Shown piece after piece: positions 39,555 to 50,472 of a stretch of DNA of 64,000 nucleotides. This DNA is from an uncultured Desulfobacteraceae bacterium (GTDB taxonomy: Bacteria; Desulfobacterota; DSM-4660; Desulfatiglandales; Desulfatiglandaceae): contig CAZPQA010000005.1 of the NCBI GenBank assembly GCA_964588535.1, positions 5,177-69,176 of the forward strand. The letters run 5' to 3'. The translations under genes were made by a program, and so were the position numbers. Every line of letters starts with the position of its first letter. Position 1 is the first letter of the stretch. The notes below the pieces were generated by a model. The model was not told the DNA's origin and did no database searches. It saw only the letters and a list, made by a program, of their open reading frames with translations.

Positions 39555-41168
39555 TTGTTTATGACGCATCAAAAAACAATGGACCCTGAACTTTTGAACA
39601 TGGTTCTGGATACCATTGATAAGTTAGAAAAAGAAAAGCTTCCCATTGATACAAAGCTTGAAATGGATCGCCAGGGGGATTTTCCAACCGAGCTGATCCA
39701 GTTTATGCTGGGTCCGGATATCGCGCTTCACCTTATTTTTATCCCGGAGGAATACGGGGGTCTGGGCGCAGGCGCCACGGAAATCGCCGTCGTGAGTGAG
39801 CGGATGGCCAAGATGGACCTGGCGGTGGCCACGTCTTTTCTGGCCATCTGTCTGGGGATGGACCCCATTCGGGTGGGTTCCACTCCGGAGCAGAAAGAAA
39901 AGTATATCGGAAAGATTGCCGATGAAGGCCTGGTGGTTGCCTACGGCGTTACCGAACCTGAGGCGGGCAGCAATGTTCAGTCGCTCAAGACCAAGGCGGT
40001 ACGTGTTCTGGATGAAAACGGTCAGGTTAAAGGATACCGGATCAACGGTCAGAAACAATTCATCACCAACGGCGGTGTGGCACAGCTTTACACCATTTTG
40101 GCCGATGCGCCGGACGGCCCTTCGTTCTTCATCGTTCCGGGCGGCGCCGAAGGCCTGGTACCCGGCAAACATGAAGACAAACACGGGATCCGTGCGTCGG
40201 ACACCTGCCCCCTGTCCCTGGAAGATCTCTATGTCCCTGTGGAGGATCTTGTGGGGGGCGTGGAAGGACAAGGTTTGAAGCAGGCCAACGAAGTGTTCGG
40301 GTACACCCGGCTCATGGTGGCCACATTCGGTCTGGGTGGCGGTGTGGCGGCGCTTGAACGGACCATAAAATACGCCAAGGAGCGGGTTCAGTTCGGTACG
40401 ACCCTGATTGAAAAGCAGGGCTATACGCACCAGCTCCTGGTGCCTCATGCCGTTCAGCTGGAGGCGGCCAGGGCCCATATCGAAGAAGTGGCCCGGCGTT
40501 TGGATACGGATGAAGAAGACTTGCAGGTGGAAGGCTCCATTGCCAAATACTTCGCCACCGAGGCGGGGGATGCCATGGCCAACGATGCGATTCAGGCATT
40601 CGGCGGGTATGGTTATATTCGGGAATACGAAGTGGAGAAGATCAAACGGGATGTGAAGATCCTGACCATTTATGAGGGAACCAGCGAAATTCAGCGGAGC
40701 ATCATCGCCATGTTCCGGCTCAGATCAACCGTCCGTTCCAAGGGCGGTTTCTACAATGAAATAGCGGACGGGCTGGCCCAATTGCCTGCCGAAACCGGCG
40801 GTCCCATGCTGGCGGATGCCATGCGGCTGATGAATGAAGTGATTCAAAGCGCTCGCAAAGGGAAACTCACCAAGAACCAGTACGTTATGTTCCAGCTGGC
40901 GGATATGATGACCTGGGCAGAGGTGGCAAATGCCCTTTGCCACAAGGCGGCCGCGGATGAAAGCGGCCCGGCATTTATGAGAGCCGCTGCACGGCTTTTT
41001 GCCCGGGAAGCCATTGGTAAGATTCACGCCAACGGCCTATCGATCAGCCAGGGGTGCGGAACGATTCTGGAGGATGTCGCATCAAAATTGAATGCGCTCA
41101 ATACGGAGCAGATTCTGACCGGCAGCCTGGCAGATATGGATATCGTTTCAAAGGAACTGGCGGCCTAG
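39555..41168 (+). CDS. Acyl-CoA dehydrogenase with C-terminal extension
   Basis: TEPEAGS, GQKQFITNG, RVQFG, GGYGYIREY and IYEGTSEIQR. Confidence 0.93.
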   Translation: MFMTHQKTMDPELLNMVLDTIDKLEKEKLPIDTKLEMDRQGDFPTELIQFMLGPDIALHLIFIPEEYGGLGAGATEIAVVSERMAKMDLAVATSFLAICLGMDPIRVGSTPEQKEKYIGKIADEGLVVAYGVTEPEAGSNVQSLKTKAVRVLDENGQVKGYRINGQKQFITNGGVAQLYTILADAPDGPSFFIVPGGAEGLVPGKHEDKHGIRASDTCPLSLEDLYVPVEDLVGGVEGQGLKQANEVFGYTRLMVATFGLGGGVAALERTIKYAKERVQFGTTLIEKQGYTHQLLVPHAVQLEAARAHIEEVARRLDTDEEDLQVEGSIAKYFATEAGDAMANDAIQAFGGYGYIREYEVEKIKRDVKILTIYEGTSEIQRSIIAMFRLRSTVRSKGGFYNEIADGLAQLPAETGGPMLADAMRLMNEVIQSARKGKLTKNQYVMFQLADMMTWAEVANALCHKAAADESGPAFMRAAARLFAREAIGKIHANGLSISQGCGTILEDVASKLNALNTEQILTGSLADMDIVSKELAA

Positions 41169-41172
41169 ATTA

Positions 41173-43878
41173 GTGTCCCAGAAAAGGCAATACCGAAAAC
41201 CGAGAAGGCCTCCCCGCTCCGGTAAGAAAACACTGCCCAGGAGCGGGGACAAGTATACCCGCCCGAAAATTGATCATGGCCTTAAATCAATTTTCGAAAG
41301 AATCGGCGTTCCCGACGAGACACCTTTTATTCCGGATCCGTTTCAGTTGGAAGCGGTTGACCTGGTTCAGAACGATGATGTTCTGGTCAGCGCACCGACC
41401 GGGTCAGGAAAAACCTGGATTGCCGTTCAGGCCATTGAGTCGTGCTTGGCAAGAGGTCTTAGAGTCTGGTACGCTTCTCCCCTGAAAGCCCTTTCCAATT
41501 CAATTTATCAGGAATTTACAGGACAATTCGGGGCCTCCCATTGCGGCATCCTGACCGGTGACCGAAAAGAGAACGCCGACGCCCCCGTGGTTGTGGGGAC
41601 CACTGAGATCCTCAGGAACCAGCTTTACGACGTCATGCACAAGGGGGTCAGTATTGGAACGGACCTGGTCATCCTTGATGAAGCACATTATCTGGCTGAT
41701 CCGGATCGAGGTGTTGTGTGGGAAGAAGTGCTGATTTATCTCCCATCACGTGTGAGACTGTTACTCCTTTCCGCCACCATCAGCAATTCCGAAGAGGTTT
41801 GTGCCTGGTTGAAGCAGGTTCGTGGTGTTTCCAACCGGTTCGTATTTTCAAAAGAACGCCCCGTACCCCTCAAAACACTGTTCCTGTTTCCGGATGGTCT
41901 TGTGACGGCGCTCGGTTCAAAAAAAGGATTGGGTCCCAAGGTCAAAAAATTCCTGGGTTCAAAAGAAGGACGGGGCAGGGGGCGGTCGGAAAAGATTGAA
42001 TACGGCAGAATACTGGCGTGTTTGAGGAAGCTGGACCTGCTGCCGGCAATCTTCTTCCTTAAATCGAGGGCTGACTGCGACCGGGCCCTTGCCACCTGTT
42101 CGAACGTAAAAAAGACACCCGCTACCCAGCGGCGCATGAAGGGCCTCGTTAAAGCCTTTGTCAAAGAATATCCACATCTTGAAGGACACCGTCAAATCAA
42201 ACCCCTTCTGGATTCCCTGGTGGGTTCCCATCACGGCGGGCAACTGCCCTATTGGAAGGTGCTTATTGAGCAGATGATGAACAAGGGGTTGCTGGAGGCT
42301 ATTTTTTCCACATCAACGGTCGCCGCGGGCGTCAATTTTCCGGCGAGATCGGTGGTGTTGTTCCAGAGCGATCGGTATAACGGCCGTGAATTCGCCGATC
42401 TCACCCCGACGGCCCTGCACCAGATGGTCGGACGAGCCGGAAGGCGGGGGATGGACAACATCGGCTTCGCACTGGTTGTGCCAGGGTATTATCAGAAACC
42501 CAAACTGATTCATGAGTTACTCTCTTCCCCCCCGGACCCCATATTGAGCCAGATTCACATCAATTTTTCCATGACCCTCAACCTGCTGTTGTCTCACACG
42601 CCTCTTGAGGTGAAAGATCTGCTGGAAAGATCGTTTGCCGCCTTTCAGGAGAAGGAGCGCGGCGGGGCGGATGAAAAGCGCCTGAGATCCCTCTTGTTGG
42701 ATTTGAAAGAAAGTCTGCCCCGGGCGTTCTGTGATACGTCCGATCCCTATGAAGTGCTTGAGTATATCCAGAAAACCGCTCGCGTTAAAGATGTTAGCGG
42801 CAGATCCCCCAAATCAATCGAATATGGCCGGCGGGTGACGGCAAGCCTGCCCTATCTGACACCCGGAAGACTCTTTCTTCACAAAAATGGAAACATTTAT
42901 GTGGTGTTCAAGGCTTATATGGATCAAGAGAGGCTGATCTGTGCCGCCCACAATATCCGTAAAAAAGAGGCTCGAACCCGGCGCCAGCTGACCTTGCGAC
43001 GGGTGGATCTGGCCCAGATCAAGACCATCTATGACCGGATGGTTCAGCTCCCTGATGATTATTCGCGGGATGGGCTGGATCGGCTCTTTGAGGGGGTATC
43101 CCGAAAAGACCTGAAGGTTCTGCAAATAGAAAATCCTGAAATCGAACCGGATGAAACGCCTGATGCGCCGCCGGACGAAGGCAAAAAAACGCCGTGTGAA
43201 GACTGCGCCCATTTGGATCTTTGCCATGGCAAAACAGACCGCCGTTTTAACCGTCTTCTTGCCGCCTTTCGGAACCAGAGGAAGCACATTGAAGTATCTG
43301 AGAGCGGGTTGTGGTTGAGTTTCAAGCAACATTTGCGTTTTCTGAAGGAAACCGGGTTCGTGGATACTGAGGACCGGTTGACCGCCGATGGCCGATGGGC
43401 TTCCAATCTGAGGGTGGATCAACCCCTCCTCATTGCCGAATCCATCCGGCAGGGTGCTTTCGACGGCATCCCGCCGGAGGTCTTTGCGGGTGGAATGGCG
43501 CCGTTTGTGTGGGACAGGTCTCAGGAAGTGGATTTGAAAGGCACGGCCGGCATGGATTTGACCCCGGTAGAAGGGTTGTTTCGCAGTATGCTTGACCACC
43601 TTCGAGAATTTATAGCCCTGAAAGACAGCCGAGGTTTCAAGACGCCTTCCATTTCGTTCTGGCCGTCTGCCATCCTTTTCATGTGGGCCAGGGGGGCCAC
43701 CTGGGAAACGCTTCTGGAAGTGGTTTCAGTGGGCGAGGGAGATCTGGCTTCCCTGATCATGAGAACCGCTGATCATTTAAGACAGGTGGCGGCGCTCAGG
43801 GAAACCCATCCCGAGTTGGCTGATACTGCCGCTAAAAGCATCGCACTGATCCTTCGCGAGCCGGTTTATCTTTTCTAG
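41173..43878 (+). CDS. Ski2/HelY-like DEAH-box helicase
   Basis: APTGSGKT, PLKALSN, DEAH, LSAT and QMVGRAGRRGMD. Confidence 0.93.
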   Translation: MSQKRQYRKPRRPPRSGKKTLPRSGDKYTRPKIDHGLKSIFERIGVPDETPFIPDPFQLEAVDLVQNDDVLVSAPTGSGKTWIAVQAIESCLARGLRVWYASPLKALSNSIYQEFTGQFGASHCGILTGDRKENADAPVVVGTTEILRNQLYDVMHKGVSIGTDLVILDEAHYLADPDRGVVWEEVLIYLPSRVRLLLLSATISNSEEVCAWLKQVRGVSNRFVFSKERPVPLKTLFLFPDGLVTALGSKKGLGPKVKKFLGSKEGRGRGRSEKIEYGRILACLRKLDLLPAIFFLKSRADCDRALATCSNVKKTPATQRRMKGLVKAFVKEYPHLEGHRQIKPLLDSLVGSHHGGQLPYWKVLIEQMMNKGLLEAIFSTSTVAAGVNFPARSVVLFQSDRYNGREFADLTPTALHQMVGRAGRRGMDNIGFALVVPGYYQKPKLIHELLSSPPDPILSQIHINFSMTLNLLLSHTPLEVKDLLERSFAAFQEKERGGADEKRLRSLLLDLKESLPRAFCDTSDPYEVLEYIQKTARVKDVSGRSPKSIEYGRRVTASLPYLTPGRLFLHKNGNIYVVFKAYMDQERLICAAHNIRKKEARTRRQLTLRRVDLAQIKTIYDRMVQLPDDYSRDGLDRLFEGVSRKDLKVLQIENPEIEPDETPDAPPDEGKKTPCEDCAHLDLCHGKTDRRFNRLLAAFRNQRKHIEVSESGLWLSFKQHLRFLKETGFVDTEDRLTADGRWASNLRVDQPLLIAESIRQGAFDGIPPEVFAGGMAPFVWDRSQEVDLKGTAGMDLTPVEGLFRSMLDHLREFIALKDSRGFKTPSISFWPSAILFMWARGATWETLLEVVSVGEGDLASLIMRTADHLRQVAALRETHPELADTAAKSIALILREPVYLF

Positions 43879-43928
43879 GGACGGGGGGACGTTCTCACTA
43901 TTCAATATTTGACACCGTTTACTTTTAC

Positions 43929-45638
43929 TCAGCTACTTTTTCCGGGAGAAGGCTCCGCAGCAAATTTCCGGAGCGCCTGGAAATAGGCAACGACCTCGGG
44001 CGGGATCGAGGTAAACCGAATCATGTGGGTGTGTCCGTCTTTACCCAAACGCTTGATCACCTTCCCATAGAAGTCATTGGCCGGAAACTCATCGTCCACA
44101 TCCCCCAAGTTCATCTTGAGGTTGGTTAGCAGCTCGACAGGCTCGTCCAGGGCAATCTCGACGCTTTTCTTCGAAAGCCGGATCACGAGCCCCTGTAGCC
44201 TTTCCCTCCCCACATGCTTGCCTTCAAGCATGGTGTAGCGAATGGGGATCTGTCGGGCGAGAGTGACCGGGGCCGGATCCTTTCCCTCAAGAATAAGGTT
44301 GTAGCTTCCGGCTATGCCGCCCACCTCGTAAATCCTCAGTGGTATTTCTGATCCTTTTGGAAACACGTCCCGATGGGAGTCAATGCGTAAAACCTCACCC
44401 GCCTTTTTTCGCACTGATTCGGAGATAAGGATCTGTCCACCCACCGTATATGACTCAATCCGGCTGGTCATGTTTACGCCGCTCCCGACCACAGAGTACT
44501 TGCTCCGCTTGCTCGAGCCGATGTTGCCAACAATCACTTCGGTCTCATTAAGACCAATTCCCATCTCCAACTCAGGAAGGGCCTCTGAACGGTTCTCCTT
44601 GTTTACCCGGGCCATAGCATTTTGCATGTCAATGGAACAGGCAATGGCTCGTTGGGTTCTGTCGGGCATCTCTTGCGGGGCGCCAAAGATGATAAGCAGG
44701 GCATCGCCTATAATCTCATTTATGGTGCCGTTGTATTTCAGGACCACCTCTACCATGACTTCGAAGTATAAGTTGAGCACCAGAACCACCTTTTCCGGTT
44801 CGAGACGCTCGGCAATGGCGGTAAAGCCCCTCAGGTCCGTCATCATGATGGTAACCTTGCGCCTCTCGCCCCCTAATTCAAGAGCCGATGGGTTCTCTAT
44901 GAGGGAATTCATTACCTCGGTCGAGAGATAGCGGCCGAACATTTTTTTGAGCATTGTAGTCAAATCAGCGAGCTGGGCTTCACGGTCTCTCCAGCGAGTG
45001 ATGATGTAGACAGACAGTGATAGAAACCCGAGATAAAAAATCAGGTAAGCGGGACCAATCACGAGAGCCCACAAGTTTGCGATCCTCTCGCCATCGTAAT
45101 GCGGAGCCGCCATCAAAGGCGCGTATGGGAAAAGGCCATACTGCGAGGCGATAATCGACCCTACCACAAGGAGCAGGGCAAAACCGAGTCCCACTAAAAC
45201 CACGGGTATCTCGAACAGGAGAAACGCCACGAAGCCTTGTCCCAAAAGCACCATGGCAGCAGGAGTGCTTAGCGGGCCGGCGCAGACAGCGGCGATTGCT
45301 TCTTGGCTCCACCATAAAAACACCGTCACGTAAACAAACGTACTATTTTCCGGTTTACGGTGCCGAAGCTGAAAACCGGCCACGAGAAGTATGCTCCAAG
45401 TGACCGTTAAACCCCAGCCAAGTGGCAAAAACTTCTTCATAAACACAGGGTCAAAGAACGGAACCTTCTCGGGATGGCTAATAAAATGGTGGAATAATAG
45501 GGTCACTAATGGTGCTAACAGCACCCAAAAACAGATGATGAGCAGGCACTTATCGACTGTACTCCACTCCAAGGGGTTGCCGATTCGGTCGATCAGCTTT
45601 TTTGAGAGCGGAATCCTTTTGGGCTCTTCCATGCTCAC
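43929..45638 (-). CDS. Membrane-bound class III adenylate/guanylate cyclase
   Basis: Multi-TM N-terminus; TDLRGFT, IGDA, GNIGSSKRSKYSVVGSGVN. Confidence 0.92.
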   Translation of the reverse strand: MSMEEPKRIPLSKKLIDRIGNPLEWSTVDKCLLIICFWVLLAPLVTLLFHHFISHPEKVPFFDPVFMKKFLPLGWGLTVTWSILLVAGFQLRHRKPENSTFVYVTVFLWWSQEAIAAVCAGPLSTPAAMVLLGQGFVAFLLFEIPVVLVGLGFALLLVVGSIIASQYGLFPYAPLMAAPHYDGERIANLWALVIGPAYLIFYLGFLSLSVYIITRWRDREAQLADLTTMLKKMFGRYLSTEVMNSLIENPSALELGGERRKVTIMMTDLRGFTAIAERLEPEKVVLVLNLYFEVMVEVVLKYNGTINEIIGDALLIIFGAPQEMPDRTQRAIACSIDMQNAMARVNKENRSEALPELEMGIGLNETEVIVGNIGSSKRSKYSVVGSGVNMTSRIESYTVGGQILISESVRKKAGEVLRIDSHRDVFPKGSEIPLRIYEVGGIAGSYNLILEGKDPAPVTLARQIPIRYTMLEGKHVGRERLQGLVIRLSKKSVEIALDEPVELLTNLKMNLGDVDDEFPANDFYGKVIKRLGKDGHTHMIRFTSIPPEVVAYFQALRKFAAEPSPGKSS

Positions 45639-45647
45639 CCCTCCTCT

Positions 45648-46067
45648 CTACAGTCGCAGGAAGTCCTGAACCGGATAAAGATAGCAAGTGCGCCAACTTA
45701 TCTCTTTTTCAACCAAGCTGGTGATATAGTCAATGAGTTGTTCTGCTTTCGAAATCCATGGCAGAACCTGCGATTCTTGAAACCTGACGAAATCGATGTA
45801 GTCACCCTCTTGACGTCTTTCAAAAAGATCATTGTAGGTCCGTGCCAAATTCTTCGGGATCGTACCTGCCTTCACATACTGCCTGTTGAATAGGCTGCGC
45901 ACGCCAGTGTGCTTGGATGAGGACAGACCGTGCCGTACAAGAAGAGCCGAGACCGCGTAGAAGCAGGCATAGTAGAGACGGTTCACACAGGCATTCCATC
46001 GGCCTGCATTTGCAAGAATACGAGCATCTTCCAGAGTCTCCTTCGCTCGGGCTATACGGTATAACAC
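45648..46067 (-). CDS. HEPN-domain protein (5' end possibly frameshifted)
   Basis: NRLYYACFYA, SKHTGV and ERRQEGDY; paired with an MNT gene. Confidence 0.85.
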   Translation of the reverse strand: MLYRIARAKETLEDARILANAGRWNACVNRLYYACFYAVSALLVRHGLSSSKHTGVRSLFNRQYVKAGTIPKNLARTYNDLFERRQEGDYIDFVRFQESQVLPWISKAEQLIDYITSLVEKEISWRTCYLYPVQDFLRL

Positions 46068-46086
46068 CAGATCTTTGCTTCATTTG

Positions 46087-46401
46087 TCACAGTCTGATCC
46101 CTTCCTGCTGGACTCGCTGGTGAAATGGTATGGCCTGATAGAGGTTACTATTCCATTCTCCACGGGTCCGCACAATCGAGGAGATGACTTCCCCAGATTC
46201 CCATTCTATTTCATAAAGTCTATGTCGAATCCGATCTGTACGTTCATCACCTAGAGGGCCATCAACCAGGATAAGGAAGTCCCAGTCTGACTCCGAGAGA
46301 GCATCGCCACGGGAGCGGGAACCGTAAAGAATAATCTCTGAATCAGGCTCCACTTCATAAACAACTTGCCTTATTTGTTCAATTAATTCATCTTGTTTCA
46401 T
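46087..46401 (-). CDS. Minimal nucleotidyltransferase (MNT)
   Basis: LYGSRSRGD..ESDWDFLIL. Confidence 0.9.
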   Translation of the reverse strand: MKQDELIEQIRQVVYEVEPDSEIILYGSRSRGDALSESDWDFLILVDGPLGDERTDRIRHRLYEIEWESGEVISSIVRTRGEWNSNLYQAIPFHQRVQQEGIRL

Positions 46402-46586
46402 ATGATCACCTCATTTTTTTGGAGCCCTAACCATTTTGGCACCAAAAATGAGCCTTTTTCACAAACAAAATCGTATGGTTTTAGCCAGTTGGCGTGGTCA
46501 GATCCCATTCGCCTTAACCTCCCATCCCTCGGGAATCTCCCCAATCCAATCAACCCTGCTGACCTTATATTTCTCGTAACGCTTCA

Positions 46587-47456
46587 TTATTTATCTTCCA
46601 GTGTGTTCTGCTCATTATCAGGCAACTGATCGGACAGATAATTCTCTTTGGAGATAACAGATCGTCCTAACTCTTTTTCGGTATCTTTTCTGGCGTTGCC
46701 GGCAACCTTGCCGCCGCGTCTGGCAACCTGTCTGTTTTCGGGGAAAGTCTCCGGTTTTTCCTGTTGTGATATTTCTGTGGTGACCTTCTCGCCCAGCATG
46801 GTGAAGATCAGTTCCAGGTCGGTCATATTGTCCCGCAGGTTGACCTTTGATTTGGCGGGGATATTCTTATGCTTTTTATACTCGCTTGGCGTCATACCAA
46901 AGGTGGCTCTGGAGATTTCAGCGGTCAGGATGGCGTAATCTTTCTGCTCTTTAATACCCCGTTCTTTCCATTCGTCTGTCAGGTTCTGGCGGATGGCCAT
47001 GCCGCGTAAGCGTTTGTCAATCCAGTCCTTGGGGTATCCCTTTTGCTCGTAGAGGGTTTTCATTCTTTTCTGAGCAAGCTCCGGGTTTTCTATCTCCTGC
47101 ACCCGCTCATAACCTACTGCTGCCAGCCACCGTTTGAAGGGTTCCGCTTTGGGGGAGGGGATGGATTGAATAATGCGGAAAAGGCCTTCAGTGTTGGCGC
47201 AGTCAGTTTTATATTTTTTGCCATCAGCCGCTTGCAGTTTCAGCCCGTGACAATTTGTCACGACCTCGCTTCCTTCCTTAATAAGCCGTTGTTTGAGCTT
47301 ACGCCAATAGGCTCCTGCGTCAACACTTTCTGTCAATACACGACACACATCAACAACCGAAAACCACCACTCCTCCTGATACCAGTCTCTGCGTATTTTC
47401 TGGCTCTCAAAAACGACAATCGCCGAGGTTTGTTTTTCCAAAGCAACCATGATCAA
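46587..47456 (-). CDS. BRO-N domain protein (phage antirepressor-like)
   Basis: WWFSVVDV, RIIQSIPSPKAEPFKRWLA and NLRDNMTDLEL. Confidence 0.85.
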   Translation of the reverse strand: MIMVALEKQTSAIVVFESQKIRRDWYQEEWWFSVVDVCRVLTESVDAGAYWRKLKQRLIKEGSEVVTNCHGLKLQAADGKKYKTDCANTEGLFRIIQSIPSPKAEPFKRWLAAVGYERVQEIENPELAQKRMKTLYEQKGYPKDWIDKRLRGMAIRQNLTDEWKERGIKEQKDYAILTAEISRATFGMTPSEYKKHKNIPAKSKVNLRDNMTDLELIFTMLGEKVTTEISQQEKPETFPENRQVARRGGKVAGNARKDTEKELGRSVISKENYLSDQLPDNEQNTLEDK

Positions 47457-47475
47457 TCCTCCAGAACTGTTTTTT

Positions 47476-47649
47476 CTCCATGAAAATAGTGATGCCGATG
47501 GTGATCAGAAATGACGGGGCGAGGATTTTGAGGGCGGGGTGATCCATGATGAAATTACCGATGAGACCGGCGATGACCAGTATATTGTCAACACCCAGGA
47601 CCGGTTCCAGGCCGATCAACAGCAGTAGGGTCGCTACCGCATCGGCTAT
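47476..47649 (-). pseudogene. Internally deleted TerC-family remnant
   Basis: The TerC N-terminal motif LE.VLGVDNI is joined directly to the C-terminal motif F...HP.LK.LA..FL..IG. Confidence 0.65.
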
Positions 47650-47673
47650 CCTGACACCCGCTCGAGATCTCTG

Positions 47674-48270
47674 TTAATCGTGTTCTTTTACGTCAAACTC
47701 CGGAAGGCTTTCCACCTGGTCCTTGTCGATTTTAAGGTATACATCGCCGTCTTCATAACGGTCAATCTGATTGACAGGTACCGCAATATCCTTTTTGCCC
47801 CACAGGTGCCCCTCCACCAGAACAAGGTGCGTAATGCGACCGCTTTTCCCTTCCACCAGGAACTCGTCAACCTTTCCCACTCGTTCGTCTTTGGCGAAGA
47901 CCTTTGCGCCCTTGTGTACCGCAAACCCGCCGGCTGGAATGGCTTCACGCTCCACAAACATGGCTGCGGGTATGCCCGCATACCAACCCTCCTGCTCGGC
48001 CATGTAAAGCATAATATTGGACGGGATGTAGTCTTCCTGGATGAAATGCTTCATTTTCTGAAGCTTTTTCTTGTCGATTCTGAGTTCTACCGTATCATGA
48101 TCAGCGGTTTTCACAAATTTTTCCGGAATCAGGCGCAGGGTGTTTGCAATGTCGTGTTCTTTGACCACCAGGTATGTAACCCTTTCCGCCTGGGGATTGA
48201 CGATAATATTTTCCAGGCGGCCGATACGGCCATCGGTACAGTCAACATGTGCTTTTAAATGAAGATCCAT
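47674..48270 (-). CDS. Tandem PRC-barrel domain protein
   Basis: Two repeats: DGRIGRLENIIV..VTYLVV and ERVGKVDEFLV..ITHLVL..GHLWG. Confidence 0.8.
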   Translation of the reverse strand: MDLHLKAHVDCTDGRIGRLENIIVNPQAERVTYLVVKEHDIANTLRLIPEKFVKTADHDTVELRIDKKKLQKMKHFIQEDYIPSNIMLYMAEQEGWYAGIPAAMFVEREAIPAGGFAVHKGAKVFAKDERVGKVDEFLVEGKSGRITHLVLVEGHLWGKKDIAVPVNQIDRYEDGDVYLKIDKDQVESLPEFDVKEHD

Positions 48271-48323
48271 GGGGTTTCCTCCATCAGGGGGTTTCAGAAT
48301 TCCAAGTGGGTCAAAGCAGTTAC

Positions 48324-48728
48324 TTACTGAACGGGTGCATGATGCTCTATGTACGAGATGATGTCCGTCGTCGTGGTACCCGGTCCGAACACCTCGGTGA
48401 TGCCGGCTTCCTTGAGTGCAGGGATGTCCTCGTCGGGGATGATGCCTCCTCCCAGGACCAGCATGTCGTTTACGCCTTTTTCTTTCAACAGTTCCATCAC
48501 CTTGGGGAAAAGGTAATCATGGGCGCCGCTCAAGATGCTCATGGCAATAACATCCACATCTTCCTGTACGGCAGCTTCCACGATCTGTGTGGGCGTTTGC
48601 CGCAAACCCGTGTAGACCACCTCCATACCCGCATTCATGAGGGCTAATGCCACCACCTTGATTCCCCTGTCATGACCATCGAGCCCCGGCTTTGCCGCCA
48701 GGATCCTGATTTTTTTTGCTTTATCCAT
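48324..48728 (-). CDS. Methylmalonyl-CoA mutase, cobalamin-binding subunit
   Basis: [17 protein letters not shown] and GGGIIP. Start placed at MDKAK. Confidence 0.93.
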   Translation of the reverse strand: MDKAKKIRILAAKPGLDGHDRGIKVVALALMNAGMEVVYTGLRQTPTQIVEAAVQEDVDVIAMSILSGAHDYLFPKVMELLKEKGVNDMLVLGGGIIPDEDIPALKEAGITEVFGPGTTTTDIISYIEHHAPVQ

Positions 48729-48747
48729 TGTTTTGTCTCCTGTCTGA

Positions 48748-50427
48748 TTACCCCAGCGTGTTAATGGCCTGGTATTCGCCGAATACGCCGCGCAGCACGT
48801 CACAGATTTCACCCAGTGTGGCATAGCCTCTCACGGCTTCCATAATCAGGGGCATGAGGTTGTCGTTTCCGCGGGCGCCCTGATCCAGTGCCGCCAGTGC
48901 ATTCTTAACGCTTTCGTTGTTTCTCTCCGCTTTTAGTTTCCCGAGACGTTCCACCTGCCGGGTTCGAACCGCCGGGTCCACCCGCAACAGATTTTTGGGC
49001 TTCTCCTCCTCCATTTGAAAGCGGTTGAGCCCCACAACGATGCGTTCGTCCTTTTCAATTTCCCGCTGGTAGGCATACGCACTGTCCTGGATCTCCCGTT
49101 GAACGTATCCCTGTTCAATGGCGGCGGGCGCTCCGCCCATTTTGTCGATTTTCCGGATATAGTCGTAGGCCCGGTCGTAGATTTCACGGGTTAGGCTTTC
49201 AACGTAATAGGCGCCGGCCAGGGGATCCACCGTGTCGGTCGCGCCGGTTTCATAGGCGATCATCTGCTGGGTTTTCAGCGCAATCTGTACCGATTCTTCC
49301 GAAGGAAGGCTCAATGCCTCGTCCATGGAGTTGGTGTGCAGGCTCTGGGTGCCCCCCAGGACGGCGGAAAGGGCCTGATACGCCACTCGAACAATATTGT
49401 TTTTGGGCTGCTGGGCGGTCAGGGTGCATCCCGCGGTCTGCGTATGAAACCGGATCATCATGCTCTTGGGGTTTTTGGCGTGAAACCGCTCTTTCATGAT
49501 GTTGGCCCACAACTTCCGGGCGGCCCGGTATTTGGCCACTTCTTCCAGGAAGTCCAGGTGGGCGTTGAAGAAAAACGAGAGCCTGGGGCCGAATTTGTCC
49601 ACGTCCAGGCCGGCTTTTAGCGCCGCGTCCACATAGGCGATGCCGTTGGCCAGGGTAAAAGCGATTTCCTGCACGGCCGTTGAACCAGCTTCCCGAATGT
49701 GATACCCGCTGATGCTGATGGTGTTCCAGAGGGGCACCTTTTCGGCGCAATAGGAGAAGATATCCGTGATGATGCGCATGGAAGGTTTCGGAGGATAAAT
49801 ATAGGTGCCGCGAGACGAATACTCCTTTAAGATATCGTTCTGGATGGTGCCTTTCAGCTGTTTGGGATCTGCCCCCTGTTTTTCAGCCACCACGATGTAC
49901 ATGGCCAGCAACACGGCAGCCGGCGCATTGATGGTCATGGAGGTGCTGACCTTTTCAAGGGGGATCTCCTGAAACAGGGTTTCCACATCCGCCAGAGAGT
50001 CGATGGCCACGCCGACCTTTCCCACCTCTCCGATGGATATTTCATTGTCCGAATCGTATCCGATCTGGGTGGGAAGGTCAAAGGCCACCGATAGTCCGGT
50101 CTGGCCCTGGTCCAGGAGGAAGCGGTAGCGTTTGTTGGACTCCTCGGCGGAGGCAAACCCTGCATACTGCCGCATGGTCCAGAACCGTCCCCGGTACATG
50201 GTGGGCTGTACCCCCCGGGTATAGGGGTATTCACCTGGGAACCCAAGGTCATCAGCATAATTTTCCGCCGGATTATCCATGGGGGTATAGAGCCTCTTGA
50301 TGGGAATCCCGGAGGTATTCACAAACTCCGGTTTTCGTTCCGGCCGTTTTTCGACTTTCTGGTCCACTGCTTCGGACCATTTTTCTAAAGCACCGGCCAG
50401 CGATGCCTGGTTTTTTTCGTCAAACAT
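48748..50427 (-). CDS. Methylmalonyl-CoA mutase, catalytic (N-terminal) subunit
   Basis: [29 protein letters not shown] and QSLHTNS.DEA. Confidence 0.95.
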   Translation of the reverse strand: MFDEKNQASLAGALEKWSEAVDQKVEKRPERKPEFVNTSGIPIKRLYTPMDNPAENYADDLGFPGEYPYTRGVQPTMYRGRFWTMRQYAGFASAEESNKRYRFLLDQGQTGLSVAFDLPTQIGYDSDNEISIGEVGKVGVAIDSLADVETLFQEIPLEKVSTSMTINAPAAVLLAMYIVVAEKQGADPKQLKGTIQNDILKEYSSRGTYIYPPKPSMRIITDIFSYCAEKVPLWNTISISGYHIREAGSTAVQEIAFTLANGIAYVDAALKAGLDVDKFGPRLSFFFNAHLDFLEEVAKYRAARKLWANIMKERFHAKNPKSMMIRFHTQTAGCTLTAQQPKNNIVRVAYQALSAVLGGTQSLHTNSMDEALSLPSEESVQIALKTQQMIAYETGATDTVDPLAGAYYVESLTREIYDRAYDYIRKIDKMGGAPAAIEQGYVQREIQDSAYAYQREIEKDERIVVGLNRFQMEEEKPKNLLRVDPAVRTRQVERLGKLKAERNNESVKNALAALDQGARGNDNLMPLIMEAVRGYATLGEICDVLRGVFGEYQAINTLG

Positions 50428-50472
50428 AGGCGAACCTCCATTCTTCCTGTCCCGTTTAACCGGGATCATTTT

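Noticed and set aside
37895-41168. PKS/NRPS biosynthetic cluster implied by the Sfp-type PPTase
   Set aside because: No carrier-protein or synthase genes are in the window.
41173-46401. Helicase, cyclase and HEPN/MNT as a single cyclic-nucleotide defence system
   Set aside because: The helicase is on the opposite strand and coupled to the acyl-CoA dehydrogenase gene. The cyclase is an ordinary membrane class III type with no adjacent effector.
46587-47456. Prophage implied by the BRO-N protein
   Set aside because: No integrase, structural or replication phage genes are nearby.
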